Source: an uncultured virus (IMG/VR IMGVR_UViG_3300046328_001173) (Duplodnaviria > Heunggongvirae > Uroviricota > Caudoviricetes). Taken from it: a stretch of 20,000 nt of DNA. How positions within the stretch are numbered: position 1 is the stretch's first letter; the number at the start of each line of letters is the position of its first letter. Shown piece by piece: positions 1-9,606 of this stretch. The notes beneath the pieces were generated by a model. That model was not told the origin of the DNA. It did no database searches and saw nothing but the letters and a program-made list of their open reading frames with translations. Both the position numbers and the translations under genes were made by a program. The DNA lies in IMG/VR virus record IMGVR_UViG_3300046328_001173; one strand, given 5' to 3'.

Positions 1-80
1 GAGATGATTTTATTGAACCTATTATTCCTGTTAATATAATTAAAAATAAATTTTAATTTACATTTTAAAAAATAACCTTT

Positions 81-680
81 ATGAAAACCATAGAAGAAAA
101 AAATATCTTAAAATCTACGCCTTTTGTAGCTAAATGGAAAGAAGAACAAAAATGCCGTGAAAAAGAACACATTAATTCTTTTCCTGAGTTACAACTAGAT
201 GTAGCTTATTGAAAGGACTATTTAAATAAACATAGTTGGATTGATTTCAGTGGATTTACAAGAGATATTATTGTAGATTATACAAAAAGCCTTCCTGCAT
301 TGTTGTCTTACGTAGAACATTTAAATATGCTAGGAGATTTTAGTGCTGCTGTAAGATTTATTGCAGGAGATTTGTTTACAGATGTTGTTTTAGAAGTAAA
401 TTATGAAGATTGTGGAGGACAAAAACTATTTAAGATACCTAAAACCTTTAAGAAAGTTGATGGTTGGTTTACTAATCCTGAAAATAATCTTGTAACAGTT
501 TCTATAAATAAAAAAACTAATAGTGTTCAATTTACTATTGATGTAGACAAAGCTGGTGTTTTAGATGTTTATTTAAGACACAATGCTCTGCAATTCAGTG
601 ACTATTATAGTCTTAATTTGTTTCTATTGTATGTAGAATTTTTTAAAATGTTAAAAGCAGAAAAAAAACCAAAATTATAA
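81..680 (+). CDS. Hypothetical protein (~199 aa) with an in-frame TGA at 210-212
   Basis: ATG at 81 (MKTIEEKNILKS...) is in frame with track ORF 300..680. The only interruption is TGA in ...LDVAY*KDYLNKHSW... Confidence 0.7.
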
Positions 681-907
681 AAAAATTTGAAAGAATACTT
701 TGTAGAGCAATACGTAAATTAAATCGTAAAATGGGTAAATATAAAAATTTTTTCGTTAGAGATGAGGCTACAGATTTATATATTCCATCTAAAAAACACG
801 ACAAATATCTTAAACATCTTAAGATTGTTATTAAATCAATGGGAGATTTCAATCCTTATACTAAACTTAAAAAAGAACCTATTAATGAATATAGTTATTG
901 GCATTAA
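677..907 (+). CDS. Small basic hypothetical protein missed by the ORF track; ATA start (or ATG at 731, or a frameshifted tail of the upstream gene)
   Basis: Open frame (I/M)KKFERILCRAIRKLNRKMGKYKNFF...EYSYWH* ends TAA at 905-907. The ATA is in the same aaaatt-start context as ATGs at 5181, 6250 and 17174. An A8 run at 661-668 offers an alternative frameshift explanation. Confidence 0.55.
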   Translation: MKKFERILCRAIRKLNRKMGKYKNFFVRDEATDLYIPSKKHDKYLKHLKIVIKSMGDFNPYTKLKKEPINEYSYWH

Positions 908-946
908 CTAAACTTATTATTAAATAACTAATTTAATTTAAACTAT

Positions 947-1390
947 ATGAAAACAACAGAAGAAAAATTTAAACAGTTGTTAAAAATAGCTGTTGATAAT
1001 GGATTTGATTTAGACTTTTTACCTAGTCATTTTGATCTTTGGATAAATAATGTAGAATCTGCACACTTAAAGCCAAAAGTTTATCTTGATTTAAATCACT
1101 TTTTAATTGTGTTTGGTACATTTTGCTATCCTATTAATAATTTGATTTTAAACACTAACTTCTTTGATTGTTTATTTTTAAACACTGGATTTAGTGGAGT
1201 TCAAGACTCTATTCATTTGTCTGTAAATAATAAAGAGTATAAAACATATTGGATTGGTGAAGATATGTATGATACAACAGATGATGAAGAATCTGGACCA
1301 CCTTCTATTGATTTTATGAGGTTTCAATGGATAGTAGAAATTAAAAAAGGGTCTCCTTTAGAATGGTTGTTTAAACAATTTGATTTATAA
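947..1390 (+). CDS. Hypothetical phage protein, 147 aa
   Basis: Intact ATG..TAA ORF with an A/T-rich leader. Confidence 0.8.
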   Translation: MKTTEEKFKQLLKIAVDNGFDLDFLPSHFDLWINNVESAHLKPKVYLDLNHFLIVFGTFCYPINNLILNTNFFDCLFLNTGFSGVQDSIHLSVNNKEYKTYWIGEDMYDTTDDEESGPPSIDFMRFQWIVEIKKGSPLEWLFKQFDL

Positions 1391-1421
1391 AACTTTAAAA
1401 TCTTTAACTCTTAAAACTATT

Positions 1422-1943
1422 ATGCACAGAGTTCCAGAATTCAGAAGATTCTTAAATATTTACTACACTAGAACAAATAAACTTGTTTTTTGTAGTGTAA
1501 TACACTCATTTTCTTTTTCTAAAGTAGAAAAAATCTATTCTAAATTGACTTGGAAAATTGATTATCTCAAAGATACTGTGAAAGCAACTAACCAAAATTT
1601 TACTTTTGAAGTTGTTAAGATAGAAGAATTTGATTATATGGATATTGAAGATTCTTGTAAAGACTTGAAGATTCCTTATACTGTAGAATACAATCTAGAA
1701 GCAGTAAAGAAATATTGGAATACTAGAAAAGGAAAAAAAGAATTTGTTGAGCAATTAAAAAATCCTTCTCAACAAGTATCTTTGTTCTTTGATGATAGTG
1801 ATTACATTATTTCTTTTGATGGTAAATGGTTAAAGCAATTAATTGAAGAAGAATCTTGAACTATGTCAGATATATATGGATTTAGTGAAAATTTTTCTTA
1901 TATTTTTGAATATAATCCTCACGATATTTTTTATGTATTTTAA
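1422..1943 (+). CDS. Hypothetical protein with an in-frame TGA at 1857-1859
   Basis: Likely start is ATG 1422. After the TGA the frame continues for 27 codons (EEES*TMSDIYGFSENFSYIFEYNPHDIFYVF) to TAA 1941-1943, 20 nt before the next ATG. Confidence 0.7.
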
Positions 1944-1963
1944 TCCTTTAAACACAATATAAT

Positions 1964-2278
1964 ATGATTTGGAAATTAAATATTCCATTAAAAGACAACA
2001 AATTAACTGAATATCACAAAAAAGAATTTAATAGGTATTCTGAATTACTATCTTACATTCAAGATATATTAACAGGTAAAATAATTGATAATTTTCCTGT
2101 TCAAATAGAAGAATTTGTATTTAATGAAGAGTTTTATAATGTGTCAGAAGAAGAATATTTATTAAAATATTCAACAGAAGGTATTGATTATTTTAATGAT
2201 TATAAATTAAAACGAAATACAATATTTAATAACTTAATTGATAGTGTTTTCAACTCTTTTGTAACAAAATTAAAATGA
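1964..2278 (+). CDS. Hypothetical protein, module gene A copy 1 (paralog of 12726..13100)
   Basis: Shares W-x-L-x-I-x-L...YHxKxF...Y...ILxGxIxD...IE...FVTK with 12726..13100. ATGA overlap with the next gene. Confidence 0.85.
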   Translation: MIWKLNIPLKDNKLTEYHKKEFNRYSELLSYIQDILTGKIIDNFPVQIEEFVFNEEFYNVSEEEYLLKYSTEGIDYFNDYKLKRNTIFNNLIDSVFNSFVTKLK

Positions 2279-2652
2279 TAAGTTCTCTTGGTGATATTGA
2301 AGATATGCTAAATCAGGGTAAATATCCTGTTTTTCATCCTAAATTAGATCCAATAGACTGTACTTTATGTTGTCTTCCAACGAAAGAGTTTTTATTACAA
2401 TGTACTCATTATATTATAATAGAAAGAATCTACTGTGATTGGGCTATTGTTAGATTTGCTACTCATTCTAGTTACAAAGGAAAAAATATTCTTGTTGAAG
2501 TCGATCAATTTGTTCCAGAAGACTTAGATTTCTTTGTTAGAAAGAATGAAAAACTATTTAATTTCTATTCTCCAAAAGAGATGAATTTAATGTTATTAGA
2601 TACTTGTATGAGTTTTATATCTTATAAAGGATACTTTAAATATTTAAAATAA
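2275..2652 (+). CDS. Putative Zn-binding protein, module gene B copy 1 (paralog of 13078..13464)
   Basis: GKYPxxH-x7-CxxC-x10-CxH and C-terminal SYxGYFxY shared with 13078..13464. Confidence 0.85.
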   Translation: MISSLGDIEDMLNQGKYPVFHPKLDPIDCTLCCLPTKEFLLQCTHYIIIERIYCDWAIVRFATHSSYKGKNILVEVDQFVPEDLDFFVRKNEKLFNFYSPKEMNLMLLDTCMSFISYKGYFKYLK

Positions 2653-2659
2653 AAACTCA

Positions 2660-3695
2660 ATGAAAACACCAGAACAAATATCTCAATGGGGGGTTAAACA
2701 ACTTCATTAACAAGTATCATTTAAGAACTAATACTAACAAAGAATTGATTTGTTTGTGTTATGACCAAATTGATACACCTAAAAATGACATTAGTAATGA
2801 GTGTCGTAGATTAGTTTTAAATAAAGAGACATTGGAAGTAGTTTCTTATCCTTTTTATAGGTTTAGTGATTATACCCCTAAACAACATAAACTAGACTTT
2901 GATAAAGGTTTATTTTATGAGAAAATAGCTGGTTCGTTGTGTACTTTGCATTTCTATGACAATAAATGGAATATTTCTACAAAAGATACACCAATGGGAG
3001 AAGATAAAGTGGAGAAAAATAATGAACAAACATTCTCTGAATATTTCTTTAAAGTGTTGAATAAAACAACAAATTTAAAAGCACTAAATACTAACTTCTT
3101 TTACATCACAGAGTTTAAATTCCCTAGTGGTACTCATCATTTGATACCTAATACTGATTCTTCTATTAATCTTATTGGGTTAAGAGATAAAAAAACACTA
3201 GAAGAATTGCCTCACAATATGTTGAATAATGATTTTAATGTATTACAAGGTTTAAAATTCAAAGAGGGTAAAGAATTGTTTGATTACATTAACAATTTAG
3301 ACCCAATAGTTTCAGAAGGTTTAGTTTATGTTAATAGAGATAAAGTAACTAATGGTAACTATCAAAGATTTAAGATTAAACCCCCTCAATTTGAATTGAT
3401 TTTTAGTTTAAAAACAGTCGTTCAGTCAGATATTACTAAAGAAAGAGAAAGAAAAAGATTGAATACTAAGTGGTTGAAAGAACTTTGTCAATATAATAAA
3501 CACCGTACATTTTTAGAACTAAAAAAATATTCTTGTTTTAGAGAAGAAGTTGAAAATATTGATAAAAAAATTAAATTATTTGAAGATACTTGTAATCAGT
3601 ATTTTCATATAACAAATCCAAAAGAAACCTCTTTATTGAATGTTGAACAAGAAGTTAAAACTTGGTTGTTTTTACAGTTAAAACAAAAAACTTAA
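2660..3695 (+). CDS. T4 Rnl1-like RNA ligase with a frameshift near the 5' end and an altered motif I
   Basis: YDQIDTP..ECRRLVL..EVVSYPFYRF, motif I YEKIAGSL (usually KxDGS), motif IV EGLVYV, motif V RFKIK. ATG 2660 is one base out of frame with the main ORF; the shift lies around 2676-2693, which includes a G6 run. Confidence 0.8.
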
Positions 3696-3724
3696 AATAA
3701 ATTCTTAAATTTATAACAACTAAA

Positions 3725-3958
3725 TTGTGGTTAATACACAGAGTAGAACAATGTTCTAGTGTACCTGTATTTGCATTTTTAAATGAAGAAGAGGCTTTAA
3801 ATAAACTATATGATTTAAATAATATTAAAAAATCTAGTTTATATCAAGATATTGGTGAAAAAGCTTACTCTATTCTTGTAAAGTCTTATCAATATATTTT
3901 ACAAGAAGAACCTGTTTTAATTGAAGGTAAAGTCTTTCAATCGTTTCAAAATCTTTAA
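3725..3958 (+). CDS. Hypothetical protein, 77 aa
   Basis: TTG start, TAA stop, fills the gap between neighbours. Confidence 0.65.
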   Translation: MWLIHRVEQCSSVPVFAFLNEEEALNKLYDLNNIKKSSLYQDIGEKAYSILVKSYQYILQEEPVLIEGKVFQSFQNL

Positions 3959-3967
3959 TTTTAATTA

Positions 3968-4327
3968 ATGAAGACTGCTGAATTAAACAATTCTGAAAAT
4001 ACAAAAAAATATCTTGTTAGTAGAACTCTACAATTAGGTAATATTGTATTTAGAAGAGCTTTAGGGCATTATATAGCTCTATATAAAAGAGAAAATAGAA
4101 ATTCTAGTAATTTTTATGGAGTTATATTATCTTCTGATGACTACTATAATTCTCAACAAGGTATTTTACTTAATAGTAAACTTACAAAAGAAAAGTCTTT
4201 AACTTATTTTACGGGGATTGTGTTAATTAAATCTTTTCCTGATAATAATTTTGTTTTTGGTCAATTGACTAACAAAGAATTAAAAACAATTAAAGATTAT
4301 GTAAAATTGTTTAAAACAAAAATATAA
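3968..4327 (+). CDS. Hypothetical protein, 119 aa
   Basis: Intact ATG..TAA ORF. Confidence 0.75.
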   Translation: MKTAELNNSENTKKYLVSRTLQLGNIVFRRALGHYIALYKRENRNSSNFYGVILSSDDYYNSQQGILLNSKLTKEKSLTYFTGIVLIKSFPDNNFVFGQLTNKELKTIKDYVKLFKTKI

Positions 4328-4384
4328 TTTTATGCTTTATACTTCACTAAAACATATCAATAATTACTTTAAAAATCACTAAAA

Positions 4385-5104
4385 ATGAAACTATTTATTA
4401 GTAGTAAAACAGCTTATTGGGAAGTAAAAGAACCTTCTTTTAAAGATGTATTGTTCCCTAATGTTGGATTAAAATGTAGTTTACAAATACCTCTAATTTT
4501 TAAAAGAGTAGAAAAAAATGAAATTATTTCTACATTTTTAATTGAAGGTGGTTGTAATTATTCTATTCCTGTTACAAATACTTAGTGTAAAATTGTAGAT
4601 ATTGTATTAGAGTGTGATAAAGAAGAATTATTTTTTTATACAACAGTTATATTAGAAGATATGAATATTCTTGTAATAAAAATAGATTCTTCTATTGTTG
4701 ATTATTCAATTCTTAACTTCTATCAAGATTATAATGAAGAAGACTTACAATTAACTAAACAATTAAACAAGTCTTCTAACAGTATTTATTATTTTAAATT
4801 AAATAAAGACAACAATTCATTACATTTAAGTGAATACAATTGGATATCAAATATTTTTTTACTTAAAGATTTTTATCTTCGTAATAATTTTAAAAAAGTA
4901 TTTGTTACTAGATGTGTAAATAAAATTAAGGGTGTTCTTTGTCTATTAATGAGAAAATCAATCTATTTTATTGAAGATATTGTGTATTGACGTACAATGC
5001 ATACATCTCATAGTTCTAAATTATCAGATATTGATGTATTAGGTTCACATATTAATCTTTATGAAAAATTTAGTAAAAGTTTATTGACTAATAATGAATA
5101 TTAA
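4385..5104 (+). CDS. Hypothetical protein (~239 aa) with in-frame TAG 4583-4585 and TGA 4988-4990
   Basis: Track ORFs 4385..4585 and 4661..4990 share a frame. The linker (NT*CKIVDIVLECDKEELFFYTTVILED) and tail (VY*RTMHTSHSSK...NNEY) are open to TAA 5102-5104. Confidence 0.75.
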
Positions 5105-5180
5105 AAAGGTTTCATTTTAATTAAATAAATTATTTATAAATTTTTTAAATCTTAAACATTAGACTTTAAACACTAAAATT

Positions 5181-6200
5181 ATGACACAAAGTCCATTTAG
5201 TTATATTGATACATTCAAAAAAGAACACGTAAGACTAATTCTTGAAAAAAATCATTATCAAAGTAAAGATGAAAAGGGTGCTAACGTCTATGAACATCTT
5301 AATTTTTATCTTATTATTACTTATTCACCTACACATAAAATAGGTGGAACTAATACTTCTATTGTACAAAGTAGCAATGGATATTTATTTTAATCTCGTA
5401 ATTTATTATTAATTGAAGGTACAAATACACCTGACCAGAATGGATTTAAAAAATATCGACAACCTCTTCTTTTTATTTGACAAAGTTAGAAATGAGTATC
5501 ATTGTAATATAAACGATGAAATTATCATTTATGGAAAATGGTGTGATTCAGGTATTAAAAACAATCATTCAATTTCACAAGTTAAAACTAAACAATGGGT
5601 TATATTTGCTATTAAAATCAATACTAAATATGTAGATAATTTTGTTGAGTTAGCTGACGAAAAAAATAGTGTCTATAATGTTCTTAAATGGGGAACTTTT
5701 AAAGTAATTATTGATTATAATCAATTTAACTTTAATTGTTAGAAAGACTCTAATTCAAATTTACCAAAAGAGTTACAAGATTTAACTAATGAACACACTT
5801 TAAAATGTCCTGTATCTAAATTTTTTGGTATTGATGATCTTGGAGAAGGTTTAGTTCTTAAATCTGATACTTATATTAGTCACAGAAGTAAAGAATCTGT
5901 AATTATGAAGATTAAAAATTCTGATTACGATAAAAGTTTTGTAAAACAAGTTGTAGAAAAGACTTCTACTCCTAATTAAATGAATTTCTAAAAAAATCTA
6001 TTAAACCTGCAAGATTAGAACAATTTTGTACATTTTTACAAAATCAAGGTGAAGAAATATCAATGAAAAATGTTGTTAAATTTCAAAATCTTGTTATTGT
6101 AGATATCATTAAAGAATGTAACAATCTATCAAATGATTTACAGCTTACTCAAAAAGAGTGTGCTTCATTCTTTAAAGAAAAAATTAAGCTAATTAAATAA
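5181..6200 (+). pseudogene. Rnl2-type RNA ligase, disrupted: TAA 5391-5393, frameshift ~5440-5455, TAG 5740-5742, frameshift ~5974
   Basis: Motifs in order across frames: HKIGGTN (motif I), F*SRN (usually QSRN), IYGKWCDSG (usually GEW-x-G), IFAIK, CPVSKFFGIDDLGEGLVLK (motif IV), IMKIKN (motif V), then C-terminal RLEQ...MKN...DIIKE ending TAA 6198-6200. Confidence 0.8.
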
Positions 6201-6249
6201 TAAAATAAATTAAATCTTTTCAAATTTCTTACTTCAAACCAATAAAATT

Positions 6250-6516
6250 ATGAAAGCAATCGTAGAAGGTACAATGAAAATTTACAAAACTAATTACCTA
6301 GTTCAAAGAATCACAATTGTGAAAGAATTGGATAGAAAAGAAGATTCTCAAAATCTTCAATCATTGATCAAGTTTCAACCAAGTTATAATGGATTGGCTA
6401 CTTATACAATGGGTGGAGATGGTTGGAGCTATAAAAAAAGTGAAGATTTGCATAATACTTTAGTTAAAGTTAGTGAATCAGGACAAAAATTCTTTTCATT
6501 AGCAACTAGATTTTAA
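6250..6516 (+). CDS. Hypothetical protein, 88 aa
   Basis: Intact ORF followed directly by a terminator. Confidence 0.8.
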   Translation: MKAIVEGTMKIYKTNYLVQRITIVKELDRKEDSQNLQSLIKFQPSYNGLATYTMGGDGWSYKKSEDLHNTLVKVSESGQKFFSLATRF

Positions 6517-6531
6517 ATTTTAAAGTTCATC

Positions 6532-6570
6532 AAACCTTAATCTATTAATTTAGATTAAGGTTTTTATTTT
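6532..6570 (+). terminator. Intrinsic terminator
   Basis: Perfect 13-bp stem AAACCTTAATCTA / TAGATTAAGGTTT, 6-nt loop, T-rich tail. Confidence 0.85.
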
Positions 6571-6605
6571 ATTCTTATGAAATTACAACTAATCTTCAAA
6601 ATAAA

Positions 6606-6839
6606 ATGTTAAATCCTATAAACCTGTTATGCAATAATATTAAAAACAAATTTGTTAGATTAACTAACATAGATAGAAAAGAATTAACTATTGATAATGA
6701 TAACTATACTAATGTAAAAGTTACAAAAGAATTTATATTTGTTAGTCTTTCTAATTTAAATTATGAATTTTATCAATTCAATAATCTAGAAATTTGTTTT
6801 AAAAATAATCGTAAAAAAGAACTATTATGCAAACATTAA
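6606..6839 (+). CDS. Hypothetical protein, 77 aa
   Basis: ATG..TAA ORF overlapping the next start. Confidence 0.65.
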   Translation: MLNPINLLCNNIKNKFVRLTNIDRKELTIDNDNYTNVKVTKEFIFVSLSNLNYEFYQFNNLEICFKNNRKKELLCKH

Positions 6840-7411
6840 GTTTTGAAATTGCTCGTAAATTGAACGCTGTTATTATTAATGATATGTTAATCATTAAGCA
6901 GTATAAAATAAAGAAAAATAAATATGTTCTTTCTAGAACTATTGAAATTGGGTTAAAAAAATTTGATTCTTTAGAATGTTTTTTAAAAGAATTGGGTTTT
7001 AATTTCGAGATGGGTAATCTAAAAGATTATTTTCTAGATTGTTTAAAAGAACTATTATTTACAACAATCTCTGATTTAATTCAAGATACAGATTTATTTG
7101 AATTGAATGAAAGCATTAAATTCATTGTTGATAAAAAAGTCTGGTTATATCAAAACTTTATTATCAATATTAAAGAAAGAGGTAACATTTATTTTACTGT
7201 TAATGAAGTAAAGTATAAGATACCTTTTAATTACCACACATTTTTTAAATCGTACAACAATTCAAGAATGTTTTTAATAGATTTTATAGAAAGTTGTAAA
7301 TTATTTGGAATATTTATTTCAGATAATGATAGAATTAATATAAAGTCTTTAAAATTACATTGTAATGTAGTAAGTCTTGATGCAGAAGATTTTTATGTTA
7401 CTCAATATTAA
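6827..7411 (+). CDS. Hypothetical protein, 194 aa
   Basis: Long intact ORF followed by a terminator. Confidence 0.8.
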   Translation: MQTLSFEIARKLNAVIINDMLIIKQYKIKKNKYVLSRTIEIGLKKFDSLECFLKELGFNFEMGNLKDYFLDCLKELLFTTISDLIQDTDLFELNESIKFIVDKKVWLYQNFIINIKERGNIYFTVNEVKYKIPFNYHTFFKSYNNSRMFLIDFIESCKLFGIFISDNDRINIKSLKLHCNVVSLDAEDFYVTQY

Positions 7412-7428
7412 TATTTAATTGATAATTT

Positions 7429-7470
7429 GAACAGTGTAGAGTAGTTTATATGACTTTACACTGTTCTTTT
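7429..7470 (+). terminator. Intrinsic terminator
   Basis: Stem GAACAGTGTAGAGT / ACTTTACACTGTTC with one G-U pair, followed by TTTT. Confidence 0.8.
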
Positions 7471-7484
7471 AACTAAACTTTTTT

Positions 7485-7841
7485 ATGACAACATTTGATA
7501 GATTTCTTTATTTAAAACAATTAATTAACAGTAGTCTTGCAACAGAAGAACAGTTACAAGAATATCAAACACTTAAAAATAAACCAGAAATTAGTAGACA
7601 ATTAAGTGTGTATAACTTTTCTTTACTTTCAAATGAATTAGCTTTATCTAATTGGACTTTAAAACAAAAATTAAGCCATATTATTGATGTTTATGGTTAT
7701 GTGTCTAAGTATATAAAAGAAATGTTAGATTGTATTGAAGAAGGCAAAGAAATTAAAGGAGATAGTATACTAATTCATTATGAAGGCAGATATTTTCTAA
7801 CTCAAGCACTTGGTCAATATGTTATTAACGGACTAATTTAA
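7485..7841 (+). CDS. Hypothetical protein, 118 aa
   Basis: Intact ATG..TAA ORF. Confidence 0.8.
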   Translation: MTTFDRFLYLKQLINSSLATEEQLQEYQTLKNKPEISRQLSVYNFSLLSNELALSNWTLKQKLSHIIDVYGYVSKYIKEMLDCIEEGKEIKGDSILIHYEGRYFLTQALGQYVINGLI

Positions 7842-7867
7842 ATTTTACATTTTAAACTAAACTTTTT

Positions 7868-8257
7868 ATGACAAAATTAGAATCTTTTTTAGGTAAAAAA
7901 TTAACTGATTTGTAGGAAATTGAAAATTGTCTACAAGAACTAGAATTAATTAAAGAAAATTTAATTGAAAAAAAGAATAGTTCTGATTGGTATAAAAACA
8001 TATTAAATAGTTGGTACAATTATGGCAAAGGTTTTGTGTATATATTGTCTATTGATTGTATAAAAAGTTTTTGTTACATCAATGTTGAATTTGAATTAGG
8101 TTCTACTTCACAATATAGTGATTCTTTTTATGCAAATATAAATTATGACATTTTCTTGAAAAGATTTACCAAAATTGACTTTCAAGATGTAATTGATCAA
8201 TTAAATCAAATAAAAAGCTCTCATAAAGAGTTACAATACTTGTTTAATATTAAATAA
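7868..8257 (+). CDS. Hypothetical protein (~129 aa) with an in-frame TAG at 7913-7915
   Basis: ATG 7868 has the same leader as 7485. MTKLESFLGKKLTDL*EIENCLQELELIKE... runs in frame into track ORF 8036..8257. Confidence 0.75.
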
Positions 8258-8260
8258 GTT

Positions 8261-8820
8261 ATGAATTATTTAATTTACACTAGATTAAACTATATTAGTC
8301 TAGTGTATAAATCAATTATAACTATGAAAATTAATTTTGAAATACCTATTAATAAATTTACAAATGAGCAATATTATTTAACATCTTCTATAATAACAAA
8401 TAAAAAACTATATGTCTTAATAAGAGAAAATAAACAACTAATTAAAGTTATTGACAATATTATTTGGTATTTATATAAAAAAAATGTAATATTAAACATT
8501 TAAATAATAATTATGATATTGTATTGGAACAATTTAATGAAAAAGAGTTAAAAAAATATAATAAAACAGAAAATTCTATTGAAGAATTGTTAGTTAATTT
8601 AGACCTTAAAAGAAAAAATACTTTAATTTCTAGTTATTCTGATAATGGTGAAATGATTTTATCTGAACAAACTTCTTTTGTTGATAAGTTATTTAAATGG
8701 AAGAAACATAATACTATTATTTGTATTTGTTATAATCAATATCTTTTAGACTATATTAAAAAGAAACTTGATAATGATTGTGTTTTATATTACATTAATG
8801 AAAGACTTGTTGAATACTAA
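8261..8820 (+). pseudogene. Hypothetical gene probably split by a frameshift in the A8 run at 8477-8484
   Basis: The frame of track ORF 8524..8820 is open back to the A8 run (KKCNIKHLNNNYDIVLEQF), where it meets ORF 8261..8503. The true start may be ATG 8303. Confidence 0.55.
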
Positions 8821-8853
8821 AAATTATGGAATTACTATATAATACCTAAAATA

Positions 8854-9153
8854 ATGGAATATACTTATAAAGAATTAATAGAACACACTAAATTTTTTAC
8901 TTCTAAATTTAGTGAAATATGTATTGGAGGAGTAAGTGGTGGTTGGTTTAGAGTTAGTTCAGATTATAGTTTTAAAAGGGTAAATTTAGGAAAACTATAT
9001 AATTACTATGAAGAATGTTATATATCTATTTATACAAATTCTTTAACTGCAAAATGTAGTATTAAACAAATTTGTTTAATAACAGTAGAAGGAGAATTTA
9101 TTGTATTCGATACTTGGGAAAGCTTTAAAGATTTTATACTTAAAAAAATATAA
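8854..9153 (+). CDS. Hypothetical protein, 99 aa
   Basis: Intact ATG..TAA ORF. Confidence 0.75.
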   Translation: MEYTYKELIEHTKFFTSKFSEICIGGVSGGWFRVSSDYSFKRVNLGKLYNYYEECYISIYTNSLTAKCSIKQICLITVEGEFIVFDTWESFKDFILKKI

Positions 9154-9156
9154 AAA

Positions 9157-9317
9157 ATGTATAATACTCACACCAAACCCATTTAATTTTACACCTTTCT
9201 GATTTATTTAGTGAGTCTTTAGAAAAATATAGTTGTAATACAGAAATATAAGATTTGTCAATAAATTGTGAAATTATTGAAGTTGATTTGATTGATGTAA
9301 ATAATTTGAATATTTAA
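9157..9317 (+). pseudogene. Possible small gene remnant
   Basis: ATG 9157, then a shifted frame LILHLSDLFSESLEKYSCNTEI*DLSINCEIIEVDLIDVNNLNI with an internal TAA at 9249-9251. Confidence 0.35.
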
Positions 9318-9345
9318 AAATTTTTAAACATAAACTTTTAATCTT

Positions 9346-9588
9346 ATGAATAATTTAAAATCTTTTATTGGTTTAAAAATCATTGCTACTCTTGAATCAA
9401 TCGATTGTAATGATTATGCTTTACTACTTTCTGATGGAAAAGTTTTATCCTTTGAATGTGGAGATATAAATAATAGTCTCTGTTGTGAATCAGCAGATTT
9501 TCAACCTGGGTATTTTATATATGAAAGTATTAAAGATTATGAAGAAAATAGAAAATGCACAAATAAACCATTTGATTTTGAAAATTAA
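9346..9588 (+). CDS. Hypothetical protein, 80 aa, with a CCE motif
   Basis: Intact ORF; ...LSDGKVLSF...CCES. Confidence 0.75.
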   Translation: MNNLKSFIGLKIIATLESIDCNDYALLLSDGKVLSFECGDINNSLCCESADFQPGYFIYESIKDYEENRKCTNKPFDFEN

Positions 9589-9606
9589 TTACTTAATCTT
9601 AAACCT

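Noticed and set aside
643..852. Minus-strand 69-aa ORF
   Set aside because: Antisense shadow of the + strand frame 677..907, which fits the local gene orientation and packing.
2276..2281. TGA ending 1964..2278 as another readthrough case
   Set aside because: It forms a standard ATGA overlap and is immediately followed by TAA, so it is uninformative.
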